From Chthoniobacterales bacterium (GTDB lineage: Bacteria; Verrucomicrobiota; Verrucomicrobiia; Chthoniobacterales; JACTMZ01), in the NCBI GenBank assembly GCA_049315725.1, contig JBMOJP010000002.1, positions 17,220-81,219 on the forward strand: a stretch of 64,000 bases of DNA, given 5' to 3'. The notes below the pieces were generated by a model. That model ran no database searches. It had not been told where the DNA came from and was given only the letters and a program-made list of their open reading frames with translations. This document shows positions 42,845 to 51,980 of this stretch, in pieces (position 1 is the stretch's first letter; every line of letters begins with the position of its first letter). Made by a program: the position numbers and the translations under genes.

Positions 42845-43642
42845 ATGTATAACCGCGACCCCCGCCTCGAAACCAAAGTCGGAATTTTCGTCCTCCTCGG
42901 ACTCGCCGTGGTCGCCGCCACAGTCGTTTACTTCGGCAAGCTCGGGCAGGGTTTCGAGCAATTCTACGAACTCCAGGCGGATTTCCCCAACGCCAGCGGC
43001 CTGCTCAACGGCTCCGATGTCCTCCTCGGCGGAGCCCGCATCGGCTATGTGGCCGAAGCCCCGCGCGTTTTGCCTGACATGCAGGGCGTGGCCGTGGCCA
43101 TGAAAATACGCGAGGATGTCACGCTTCCCGCCGCGTCGCGCTTCATCATTGGCAGTTCCGGTCTGCTAGGTAATCGGTTTGTCGATGTGCTGGTTGATGC
43201 GGATGCAGACCTCACCTCCCGCTTGGAGCCGGGTGCGATCGTCAAGGGCCAGCGCGAGACCGGAATTGAGGATCTGACCAGGGAGAGCAGCGAGATGCTG
43301 GCGGATGTCCGCAAGGCCATCACGAAGATCAACACGGCGCTGGAACGACTCGACCAGACGGCCTTGAGCCAGGCCTCTCTCGATGACCTGCGCGCAACCA
43401 TTGCCAATCTCAAAACCGGCAGCGAGGGTCTGGCCGGCGTGGGCGGCGCGACCAAGGATCTGGAGGCCGCCGCCGCCGATGCGCGCAAGCTCATGTCCTC
43501 GTTTCGCACCGGCCCGGGCCTCCTGCCGACGCTACTCAACGACAAAGAAACATCCGCCGACCTGCGGGCCATCCTTTCGAACGTCCGCCGTCACGGCGTG
43601 CTGTGGTATAAGGACTCCTACCGCAGCCAAGGCAATCCCTGA
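42845..43642 (+). CDS. mlaD: MlaD/MCE-domain protein
   Basis: 265 aa. N-terminal TM anchor ETKVGIFVLLGLAVVAATVVYF, then an MCE-like beta domain and a helical tail. Confidence 0.8.
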   Translation: MYNRDPRLETKVGIFVLLGLAVVAATVVYFGKLGQGFEQFYELQADFPNASGLLNGSDVLLGGARIGYVAEAPRVLPDMQGVAVAMKIREDVTLPAASRFIIGSSGLLGNRFVDVLVDADADLTSRLEPGAIVKGQRETGIEDLTRESSEMLADVRKAITKINTALERLDQTALSQASLDDLRATIANLKTGSEGLAGVGGATKDLEAAAADARKLMSSFRTGPGLLPTLLNDKETSADLRAILSNVRRHGVLWYKDSYRSQGNP

Positions 43643-43648
43643 TTCCGC

Positions 43649-44146
43649 TCAGGGCGGGGCTTGTTGGCGGGTTTGCGGCAGTTCGCGCGGCTCATCATTG
43701 AGATAGTGCACAATGCGCCAATCGTGCCCCTCATGGATGACAGCGGAAAAGCGGAAGACATCGTGAAAAACGGGAAAGTGCCGGTCACCCTCGACCTCGC
43801 GCAAAATTTCCGTGAGGTAAAGATCGCGGCAGTAGGGCAGGGTCGCCCGATAAATTTCCGCCCCGCCCACGACGAAGATCTCGCCCTGCAACCGGGCCCC
43901 GGCCAGTCCGCTCAGGTCACGAATCACCTGCACCCCCTCCAGCCCGGGGGCACCGCGCCGGCTCATCACGATGGTTTCACGTCCGGGGAGTGGACGGCCG
44001 ATTGATTCGTAGGTGACGCGCCCCATCAGCAATGTGCCGCCCATGGTCAGCTCTTTGAACCAACGCAGATCTTCCGGCAAATGCCACGGGATTTTTCCCT
44101 CCGCCCCGATCACCCGATTCGAGGCCATCGCGGCGACCGCGATCAT
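43649..44146 (-). CDS. folA: dihydrofolate reductase
   Basis: 165 aa. [50 protein letters not shown]. Confidence 0.9.
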   Translation of the reverse strand: MIAVAAMASNRVIGAEGKIPWHLPEDLRWFKELTMGGTLLMGRVTYESIGRPLPGRETIVMSRRGAPGLEGVQVIRDLSGLAGARLQGEIFVVGGAEIYRATLPYCRDLYLTEILREVEGDRHFPVFHDVFRFSAVIHEGHDWRIVHYLNDEPRELPQTRQQAPP

Positions 44147-44937
44147 ACGGCGACGGGCGCTTTGATTGCGGGATGCGGATCGTAACCTTCAAGGATGAAA
44201 TCCTCATAAACAAACTCGCCCAACTCGGTTCGCTGCGGATTCAGCTGCATCTGCGGGAGCGGCCGGGGATCGCGGGCCAACTGAAGGTGCGCCTGCTCAA
44301 GGTGGTTACGGTAAAGGTGAAGGTCGCCAAAGCTGTGGATGAACTCACCCGGGCGCAAGCCGCAGACCTGCGCGACCATCAAGGTGAGCAGCGCGTAGGA
44401 CGCGATGTTGAATGGGACGCCGAGAAAAAGATCGGCGCTTCGCTGGTAGAGTTGGCAACTCAGTTCGCCCTCATGAACATAGAACTGGAAAAGCACGTGG
44501 CAGGGAGGCAGCGCCATCTGTGCGAGCTCCGCAGGGTTCCACGCCGAGACAATGATCCGGCGGCTCTCGGGGGATTCCCGGATCAATTTCACCGCCGCAT
44601 CAATTTGATCCACGGTGTGGCCGTCGCCGCCGCGCCATGATCGCCACTGCGCACCGTAGATCCGGCCGAGGTCACCCCGCTCGTCCGCCCACTCGTCCCA
44701 GATGGTAACTCCGTTTTGCCGCAGATAAGCGGTGTTGGTCTCGCCGCGGAGAAACCAAAGCAACTCGTGAATGATCGAGCGAAGATGCACTTTCTTCGTC
44801 GTAACGAGAGGGAAGGTCTCCCGCAGATCAAACCGCGCCTGGGCGCCGAAGAGACCAATTGTTCCGGTTCCGGTGCGGTCTTGCCGCGGTTGGCCCTGGT
44901 CCAAAACCAGTCTGATCAGGCGCTGATACTCTTTCAC
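44143..44937 (-). CDS. thyA: thymidylate synthase
   Basis: 264 aa from the GTG at 44937 ([22 protein letters not shown] aligns with the canonical MKQYLEL start and length). [12 protein letters not shown] holds the catalytic Cys. The ORF-track start is 44955. Confidence 0.95.
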   Translation of the reverse strand: MKEYQRLIRLVLDQGQPRQDRTGTGTIGLFGAQARFDLRETFPLVTTKKVHLRSIIHELLWFLRGETNTAYLRQNGVTIWDEWADERGDLGRIYGAQWRSWRGGDGHTVDQIDAAVKLIRESPESRRIIVSAWNPAELAQMALPPCHVLFQFYVHEGELSCQLYQRSADLFLGVPFNIASYALLTLMVAQVCGLRPGEFIHSFGDLHLYRNHLEQAHLQLARDPRPLPQMQLNPQRTELGEFVYEDFILEGYDPHPAIKAPVAV

Positions 44938-45017
44938 TCCCCGGCAATAAACCACCCCCGGGCCTCGCGGCCAAGGCCGAGTTTGCCGCCGCGTTCCCGG
45001 CCAGATACTCTGCGCCC

Positions 45018-45800
45018 GTGGAACTCACCATCCTGGGCAGCGGCAGCAGCGGCAATTCGGCGGTCCTGCGCACGAATGGCACGACCGTGCTCCTCGATGC
45101 CGGGCTGAGCGCCCGCACGACCCTCACCCGGATGGCTGACGCCGGCATTCGCCCGGAGGAGGTTGACGCTGTTTTGCTCACCCACGAGCACGGGGATCAT
45201 GCCCGGGGCCTTCCCGTGCTTCTGCGCTCGCTCCACTGCCCGGTTTACGCCACGCGTTTGACCATGGAGGATGTGGTGGAACAGGACGCCCGCAACCAGG
45301 CCGCGACCTGGCGGGTGTTCTCCACCGGCAGCACCTTCGAACTCGGGGCCCTGTCCGTCACGGCCTTCTCCGTGCCGCACGATGCGGCGGATCCGGTCGG
45401 GTTTACCATTCGCAGCGGATCCATATCCGTCGCGGTCCTGACCGATCTTGGCCATGCGAATCACTCGGTCATCCACCACGCGACCGGGGTGAACTGCCTG
45501 TTTGTCGAGGCCAACCATGATGAGCAGATGTTGCAGGCCGACAGCAAGCGGCCGTTTTCGGTCAAGCAGCGCATCCTTTCCTCCCACGGCCATCTCTCCA
45601 ACCGTGCGGCGGCCGAACTAGCGTTGGGGGCCATGACGTCGGCGCTGCGGCACGTTGTTCTCGGCCACCTCAGCCGCGACTGCAACAGCCCTGACCTCGC
45701 GGTGCAAACCGTGCGCCAGACTTTGGCCGGACGCGATGACATCCGGGTCTGTTGCGCCGGGCCCGACCAAATGCTTCCGCCGCTGTTCGTCGGGAGCTAG
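45018..45800 (+). CDS. MBL-fold metallo-hydrolase
   Basis: 260 aa. [31 protein letters not shown]...[12 protein letters not shown]. Confidence 0.8.
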   Translation: MELTILGSGSSGNSAVLRTNGTTVLLDAGLSARTTLTRMADAGIRPEEVDAVLLTHEHGDHARGLPVLLRSLHCPVYATRLTMEDVVEQDARNQAATWRVFSTGSTFELGALSVTAFSVPHDAADPVGFTIRSGSISVAVLTDLGHANHSVIHHATGVNCLFVEANHDEQMLQADSKRPFSVKQRILSSHGHLSNRAAAELALGAMTSALRHVVLGHLSRDCNSPDLAVQTVRQTLAGRDDIRVCCAGPDQMLPPLFVGS

Positions 45801-46216
45801 GCCACGCCTGCGGCCAGAAGATAGAGCCAATTCGCCAACAAGGCGCCGACCACGAGCCAGCGCCACCTGATCTTCGTCATCCAGCGAGGTCGCCACGGAG
45901 GAAGCTTTCCCACCAGGATCACCGCCGCGTAGAGATTGAGCGCGAGAAGAAGGGGAACAGTGGCCACCGCACCCGGGTTCATCCGCAGCGCCGCCAGCCA
46001 TTCTCCACCTGCGAGCAAAGCCAGCGCGCGCGTTCCTCCGCAGCCCGCGCAAGGCCAGCCCGTGACCGCTTTCCAAGCACAACTCCAACCAAAAAGACCA
46101 TGAACCGCAGCGTAAACCAGCCCTGCGGCGACGACGGCGGAGGCCACCGAGCAGGCCATGATCAACTTCTCTGCCTGCACGCGAACACCCCACGGGAGCG
46201 GCGGGGGAGACTTCAT
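45797..46216 (-). CDS. DUF2752-family membrane protein
   Basis: 139 aa. GWPCAGCGGTRALALLAGGEWLAALRMNP is the conserved CxGCGxTR box. Confidence 0.7.
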   Translation of the reverse strand: MKSPPPLPWGVRVQAEKLIMACSVASAVVAAGLVYAAVHGLFGWSCAWKAVTGWPCAGCGGTRALALLAGGEWLAALRMNPGAVATVPLLLALNLYAAVILVGKLPPWRPRWMTKIRWRWLVVGALLANWLYLLAAGVA

Positions 46217-46219
46217 GAT

Positions 46220-47128
46220 CTAAGGTGCCTGCTTGGCCGCCTGCTCAAGAAAGGCACTGACCCCGCCCAAGGAGGCAGCCGCAACACCGGCCAGGAGCAA
46301 AACAATGAGGCAACAAACCACGGACGGCAGGAGCACGGCCACGGCCGCCCGTCCCTTGCCAATCCCGTGGACGTCAGCCAGACCGACAATGAGGAGGACG
46401 AAGTTCCACACCATCGCCACGATCGCCCCGCAGCCGGGCAAAAGTTGGAGCACGGCGGTGGCACCGCCGGCATAGCAGGCCACGCGGAAAGTGGCCTCGA
46501 ACGGCCGGCGCGCCCCCCCGACGATCATGAGCGAGAGATGAATGAGCCCCGACGAGACAAAGGAAGAGGCCGCGAGAAGAATAGGCAGCAGCATGATGGC
46601 CGCTCCGATGGCAAACGTGGAGGTCATTATGGCTCCCAGCGGATTTCCCTCCGTGGCGGCACTTCCCTGGGCCGCGCTGAGCATGGTCTGATAGACAATT
46701 CCGGCCAGCCCGCCAATGGTTCCGGTGAGGACATAAAAGAACAACGGCCCACCCAAGCCTCCGGTCTGCTTCATCCCACTGAACGTCTTGCTGGGTTCGA
46801 GCAGCACCACGCGGATGGTCTCAATGAGAGCGGCAAAAAAACCGAGCTCCGCCCGGTTCTCCCAGGCCGGGCCACCGGGCACCGCAGGAGGAACCAAGGG
46901 ACTGCTTTCCGACGCGGCCAACCCCGCGGGGGCCAACTCGTCAATCACCTCGGAGAGAGGTTTCCACATTGGCATGCCATCACACCAAGCCAGGTCGGTG
47001 GGGGTGAATCTGCCGCTGTCATAACCCGAACGAACTTCTTCCGGACTGAACTGGCCCAGCGCCTGACCGGCGCGATTAAGATGAATCTTCACCCTTCCTG
47101 TTTGCTCCGCGAGGTGCGCGTGCGTCAA
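46220..47128 (-). CDS. GYF_2 (DUF4339) domain fused to a Yip1-like polytopic membrane domain
   Basis: The N-terminus IHLNRAGQALGQFSPEEVRSGYDSGRFTPTDLAWCDGMPMWKPLSEV is followed by five or so TM helices. Start uncertain. Confidence 0.7.
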   Translation of the reverse strand: MTHAHLAEQTGRVKIHLNRAGQALGQFSPEEVRSGYDSGRFTPTDLAWCDGMPMWKPLSEVIDELAPAGLAASESSPLVPPAVPGGPAWENRAELGFFAALIETIRVVLLEPSKTFSGMKQTGGLGGPLFFYVLTGTIGGLAGIVYQTMLSAAQGSAATEGNPLGAIMTSTFAIGAAIMLLPILLAASSFVSSGLIHLSLMIVGGARRPFEATFRVACYAGGATAVLQLLPGCGAIVAMVWNFVLLIVGLADVHGIGKGRAAVAVLLPSVVCCLIVLLLAGVAAASLGGVSAFLEQAAKQAP

Positions 47129-47301
47129 TCACCAAGTCGCGCCCGCCCAAGCCGAGATTGATTTTGGCCCGAGGGGCAACGAACATCCGCCGCATGGCCA
47201 TGGTTTCGCCCGCCTCCTTCCTTGTCGCTCCCTCAGTGCGCGGGCATCGGTTGCGCGATCGACTGGAAACAGCCCCCGGCGAGCCGCGCTGAGCCACAGT
47301 C

Positions 47302-49434
47302 ATGTCCGAGACGTCACAAAAAGCGCATCCGACCCATCACCATGGGGTCTTCCGTTTGCGTTACGGACATCCCCTACCCTTTGGCGCGAGCATTGTGCCC
47401 GGCGGGGTTAACTTCTCCGTCTTCTCGTCCCGCGCGACGGAGTGCACCCTGGTCCTCTTCGAGAAGGGCGCCTTGCGGCCGTTTGCCGAGATTCCGTTTC
47501 CGCCGGAGTTTCGCCTGGGAGATGTCTTCGCCATGATGGTGTTCGATATCGACCCGCACGGCATCGAATACGGCTACCGCATGGATGGGCCCTTCAAGCC
47601 AAATGCGGGGGACAGGTTCGATGCGCGAAACATCCTGCTCGATCCCTTTGCCCGCGCGGTGGGCGGACGCGAGGTCTTCCGTGCGCCCATCCGCGAACGG
47701 GACATTTTTCCCCACCGCGGGCGAATCCCCCGCAACAATTACGATTGGGAGCACGATCGTCCCCTCGACCTGGCGGTGCATGACCTCGTGATTTACGAAC
47801 TGCACGTCCGCGGTTTCACCCGGCACCCCTCCTCGGGAGTGGCCCACCCGGGGACATTTGACGGGCTGCGGGAGAAGATTCCCTACCTTCGTTCGCTGGG
47901 CGTCAATTGCATCGAACTCATGCCGATCTTCGAGTTCGACGAGCATGAAAACACTCGCACAAATCCGGAGACCGGCGAACTGCTCCACAACTACTGGGGC
48001 TACAGCACACTGGCCTTTCGCGCGCCCAAGGTTGGTTTCGCCGCCCGCGGCGCGCGCGGCGAGGAGGTGGACGAACTAAAGGACCTGATCAAGGCCTGCC
48101 ACAACGCCGGGATTCAAGTGGTCCTGGATGTGGTTTTCAACCACACGGCGGAGGGCGATGGCACGGGTCCGGTCATTTCCTTCCGCGGCCTGGACAACAA
48201 GACCTATTACCTGCTCGCGCCCAACGGCGACTATCTCAATTTCAGCGGCTGCGGCAACACGCTCAACTGCAACCAACCGGTCGTGCGCGACTTTGTCATC
48301 GACTGCCTGCGCTACTGGGCGGCGGAGTATCACATCGACGGGTTCCGCTTTGACCTCGCATCCGTGCTCGGCCGCGACTCGCAGGGCCACCCGCTGCCCA
48401 ACCCGCCGCTGCTTGAGGCCGTGGCCCACGATCCGATCCTCGCCCATTGCGAGCTGATCGCCGAGGCCTGGGATGCGGGGGGACTTTACCAAGTCGGCAA
48501 TTTTCCCGACTACGGACGCTGGATGGAATGGAATGGAAAATACCGCGATGCGGCGCGGCGTTTCCTCCGCGGGAACGACAACTCGGTCGGTGAAATGGTC
48601 CAGCGAATTCTTGGCTCCCCCGATCTCTACGCATCCAGCGGACGCAAACCCGCCGCCTCGGTCAATTTTATCACCTGCCACGACGGATTCAGCCTGGCCG
48701 ACATGTTCGCCTACACGAGCAAGCAGAACCTGGAGAATGGCGAGGACAACCGGGACGGAAGCAACGAAAACGATTCATGGAACTGCGGGGCGGAGGGTCC
48801 GACGAACGATCCGTCCATCCGGGCCCTGCGGCTGCGGTGCGCCAAAAACGCCATGGCTCTCCTCCTCGTCAGCCAGGGCGTGCCCATGCTCTCCATGGGC
48901 GACGAAGTCGGCCGGACCCAGCACGGGAACAACAATGCCTACTGCCATGACACCGAGTGGAACTGGTTCGACTGGGATTTGCTCGGCCCGAATGCGGATC
49001 TGCACCGCTTCGTGCAAACCCTGGTGGCATTCCGGCATCGGCACACAAGTCTGCACCGCGAGGAATGGTTCACCGGGGAGGACGTGGTGGGCAGTGGCCG
49101 CCCGGACATCTCATGGCATGGCGTCGAACCCGACGAGCCGGACTGGAGTGAGTTCAGCCATTCGCTCGCCTTCATGATCTGCGGTCAGCACGACCGTGCG
49201 GTCGGCGGATGCGGTGATTTTTTCTATGCCGCTTTCAACATGCACGCCGAGCCCCTCCCCTTCGGGTTGCCCGACCTGCCTCCCCGCCACCAGTGGCACC
49301 TGCTGGCCGACACCGCGCAACCCTCCCCAGGGGACATCTATGAGGCCGGGAGTGAGGCATTGCTGGCTGATCAGAAACAGGTCAATCTTCATTCTCACAG
49401 CGTCGTCCTCCTTGTGGGACGCGAGTCCATTTAA
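47302..49434 (+). CDS. glgX: glycogen debranching enzyme
   Basis: 710 aa. GH13 blocks VVLDVVFNHT, GFRFDLASVL, LIAEAWD and FITCHDGFSL. Confidence 0.9.
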   Translation: MSETSQKAHPTHHHGVFRLRYGHPLPFGASIVPGGVNFSVFSSRATECTLVLFEKGALRPFAEIPFPPEFRLGDVFAMMVFDIDPHGIEYGYRMDGPFKPNAGDRFDARNILLDPFARAVGGREVFRAPIRERDIFPHRGRIPRNNYDWEHDRPLDLAVHDLVIYELHVRGFTRHPSSGVAHPGTFDGLREKIPYLRSLGVNCIELMPIFEFDEHENTRTNPETGELLHNYWGYSTLAFRAPKVGFAARGARGEEVDELKDLIKACHNAGIQVVLDVVFNHTAEGDGTGPVISFRGLDNKTYYLLAPNGDYLNFSGCGNTLNCNQPVVRDFVIDCLRYWAAEYHIDGFRFDLASVLGRDSQGHPLPNPPLLEAVAHDPILAHCELIAEAWDAGGLYQVGNFPDYGRWMEWNGKYRDAARRFLRGNDNSVGEMVQRILGSPDLYASSGRKPAASVNFITCHDGFSLADMFAYTSKQNLENGEDNRDGSNENDSWNCGAEGPTNDPSIRALRLRCAKNAMALLLVSQGVPMLSMGDEVGRTQHGNNNAYCHDTEWNWFDWDLLGPNADLHRFVQTLVAFRHRHTSLHREEWFTGEDVVGSGRPDISWHGVEPDEPDWSEFSHSLAFMICGQHDRAVGGCGDFFYAAFNMHAEPLPFGLPDLPPRHQWHLLADTAQPSPGDIYEAGSEALLADQKQVNLHSHSVVLLVGRESI

Positions 49435-49483
49435 GCCCGTGCCCACCTCCCGAACGATCAAAGCCAACAAGGGCATCTCGGTT

Positions 49484-49888
49484 ATGGCCTGGATCGAGGA
49501 TGCTTTCGGGGGCGTTGTCCTCGTCCGGCAAATCAAGGGAGGCCGCCGCTGGACGCTGCCGGGGGGCAAGGTGAAAAATGGCGAGGCTTTGATTGCAGCC
49601 CTGCGGCGCGAGGTCCGCGAGGAAATCGGCTTGGAAGTCGCCACGGCTTCGCCGCTGGACATTCTCGACCGTCCCGCGGCGGGCTCGATCACAATTCTTT
49701 ATCGCGTGTTGCTCAAGCCAGGCGTCTTCAAACCCGGCCCACGCGAGATTGAGAAGATCGGGATCCGCCGACGTTTGCCGAGAGATTGCTCGGTCGCGGC
49801 CTCATTCTTCTGGCGCCGCGCCGAGCAGTGTTTCGAACCGTTCTCGCTCTTTGCTTATCCCACCCGCGGACGCCGCGGAGGCACGTAG
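49484..49888 (+). CDS. NUDIX hydrolase
   Basis: 134 aa from the ATG at 49484. The Nudix box is GGKVKNGEALIAALRREVREEIGLEV. Confidence 0.8.
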   Translation: MAWIEDAFGGVVLVRQIKGGRRWTLPGGKVKNGEALIAALRREVREEIGLEVATASPLDILDRPAAGSITILYRVLLKPGVFKPGPREIEKIGIRRRLPRDCSVAASFFWRRAEQCFEPFSLFAYPTRGRRGGT

Positions 49889-49909
49889 CCCCGGGCGGAA
49901 AGTCCACCC

Positions 49910-50926
49910 ATGCAGGAGGCTCGCCCGGTTGAAATCATCGGGGGCGGCTTGGCCGGGCTGGCCCTCGGGCTGGGACTGCGGGCCCGCGGTGTGCCCGTCA
50001 CCTTGCGCGAGGCCGGGAGCTATCCGCGCCACCGGGTCTGCGGTGAGTTCATGACCGGACTGGATGAAGCCACGCGAAGGTCGCTGCAGCTGGACGCCGC
50101 CCTGGAGAACGCCAGGCCCGCCACGCGCGTTTCGTGGTTTGATCGGCGGGGCGAAGTCCTTTCCCACCAACTCCCCGAGCCTGCTTTGTGTCTGAGCCGC
50201 TGCACTCTTGATGCACGGCTGGCGGCGGATTTTATCCGGCTCGGTGGCGATCTCGTCACCACCCAGCGGGTGGTTTCGAGTCCAGGCGAGGGCCGCGTTC
50301 TGGCCTGCGGAGCGAAGCCAGACCCGCAGTCGCGGTGGATCGGACTGAAGCAGCATTTTCATCACTTGGAGCTCGCGGCGGATTTGGAGGTTCACCTCGG
50401 CCGCGGAGCCTACATCGGACTGACCAAGGTGGATGACTTCACGACCAATGTGTGCGGTCTTTTTCCCCGCCCGGGGTCCGGCCAGCCTTGCACTTTGATC
50501 GACTGCGTGACGGCGTCCGGGCTGACCGAACTGGCCCGGCGACTGTCCGCCGCGCATGTCGTCGAAGGGTCCGCCTGCGCGGTGGCGGGGCTGAACTATG
50601 CGTCAACCACGGCCACGCCGGACTCACTTGCTCTCGGCGACAGGCAGGGACTGATTCCACCATTCACCGGGCACGGCATGACGATCGCCCTCCAGAGCGC
50701 AGCTTCCGCCCTGGCCCCCTTGGTCACGTGGTCACGACGCGAAGCCGACTGGGCGACGACGACCAACGCAGTGCGTCGGGACCTCGCCCGCCGATTTCAT
50801 CATCGGCTCGGCTGGGCGCGGCGCTTTCATCCCTGGTTGCTTCACCCGCCGACCCAATGGTTGCTCGGCCAAGTCGGACGTTCGGGTCTTGTTCCTTTCT
50901 CCGCGCTTTATCGCCTCACCCACTAA
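49910..50926 (+). CDS. FAD-dependent oxidoreductase (geranylgeranyl-reductase/aromatic-hydroxylase-like)
   Basis: 338 aa. VEIIGGGLAGLALGLGLRARGVPVTLRE dinucleotide-binding motif. Confidence 0.75.
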   Translation: MQEARPVEIIGGGLAGLALGLGLRARGVPVTLREAGSYPRHRVCGEFMTGLDEATRRSLQLDAALENARPATRVSWFDRRGEVLSHQLPEPALCLSRCTLDARLAADFIRLGGDLVTTQRVVSSPGEGRVLACGAKPDPQSRWIGLKQHFHHLELAADLEVHLGRGAYIGLTKVDDFTTNVCGLFPRPGSGQPCTLIDCVTASGLTELARRLSAAHVVEGSACAVAGLNYASTTATPDSLALGDRQGLIPPFTGHGMTIALQSAASALAPLVTWSRREADWATTTNAVRRDLARRFHHRLGWARRFHPWLLHPPTQWLLGQVGRSGLVPFSALYRLTH

Positions 50927-50936
50927 CTTATCTCTC

Positions 50937-51980
50937 ATGTATCTCCACGCCCTGGCCACCGCGACACCGCCGCGATCCTTCACCCAAGCCGAGTGCCTCA
51001 CGTTGGCCCGCTCGTCAACGCACGCGCAAACCAGCCTTGACCGCCGTTCCCACCTGCTCTTGAGGGCCATCCTTCGTGGAGATTCGGGGATCGAGGCCCG
51101 TCAGTTTGCCCTAAACAAAATGCATCGCCTGTTTGATCTCGACGCGGATGAGTTGAACGAGGAATTCCGTCGCGCGGCGCCAGCCCTCGCCGCCTCCGCC
51201 CTGGAACTGGCTTTGGCTCGCGCCGGCCTCACCGCCGATGAACTGGACGCACTGGTGGTCTGCACCTGCACAGGATACCTCTGCCCGGGGGTCAGCAGTT
51301 ATCTCGCGGAGATCGCGGGGCTTCGCCCGAATGCCTGGCTCCAGGATTTGGTCGGTTTGGGTTGTGGCGCAGCCATCCCGGCGCTGCGAGCCGCGGACGC
51401 CATCATCGGAGCCAACCCCAAATCTGTTGTCGCCTGCGTGGCCGTGGAGGTCTGTTCCGCCGCGTTCTATCTGGACAACGATCCGGGGGTCATCATTAGT
51501 GCGTGCCTCTTCGGCGACGGAGCCGCGGCGACCATCTGGCGCGGAGAGTCGGGGCCGGACCGACTGCGTTGCCATAGTTTCGACACACACCACGATCCGC
51601 TGTCCCGCGACCGCATACGCTTCGAGCAACGGAACGGCAAACTGCGCAACCTCCTGCATCCAACCGTGCCGGTCCTGGCCGCCTCGGCGGTGCGAAAACT
51701 CTACGACCGGGCCGTCACAGCCGGACCCATTGCCCGGGTTGTCTCGCATGCGGGCGGCAAAGACGTGATCGCCACACTCCAGGCTGAGTTGCCGCAATAC
51801 GACCTCGGTCCGACCCGGACCGTTCTCCGGGAGCATGGGAACATGAGCAGCCCTTCGGTGCTCTTTGCCCTTGAGGAACTGAGGAAAGAAACCTCTGCAC
51901 CCGAGGCGGGAGAGGACTGGTGGTTGACCTCTTTTGGCGCGGGATTCAGCGCCCATGCCTGCCGCGTGACCGCAGACTAA
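50937..51980 (+). CDS. type III polyketide synthase (chalcone-synthase superfamily)
   Basis: 347 aa from the ATG at 50937. Cys-His-Asn triad contexts: LVGLGCGAAIPAL (Cys codon 51363-51365), VSHAGGKDVI and HGNMSSPSVLFAL. Confidence 0.85.
   Translation: MYLHALATATPPRSFTQAECLTLARSSTHAQTSLDRRSHLLLRAILRGDSGIEARQFALNKMHRLFDLDADELNEEFRRAAPALAASALELALARAGLTADELDALVVCTCTGYLCPGVSSYLAEIAGLRPNAWLQDLVGLGCGAAIPALRAADAIIGANPKSVVACVAVEVCSAAFYLDNDPGVIISACLFGDGAAATIWRGESGPDRLRCHSFDTHHDPLSRDRIRFEQRNGKLRNLLHPTVPVLAASAVRKLYDRAVTAGPIARVVSHAGGKDVIATLQAELPQYDLGPTRTVLREHGNMSSPSVLFALEELRKETSAPEAGEDWWLTSFGAGFSAHACRVTAD

Noticed and set aside
45752-47161. A 469-aa plus-strand ORF spanning the DUF2752 and GYF-Yip1 region.
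   Set aside because: It is a shadow frame with extreme Arg/Gly/His/Glu bias and no hydrophobic core or motifs. The minus-strand genes have recognisable family signatures.
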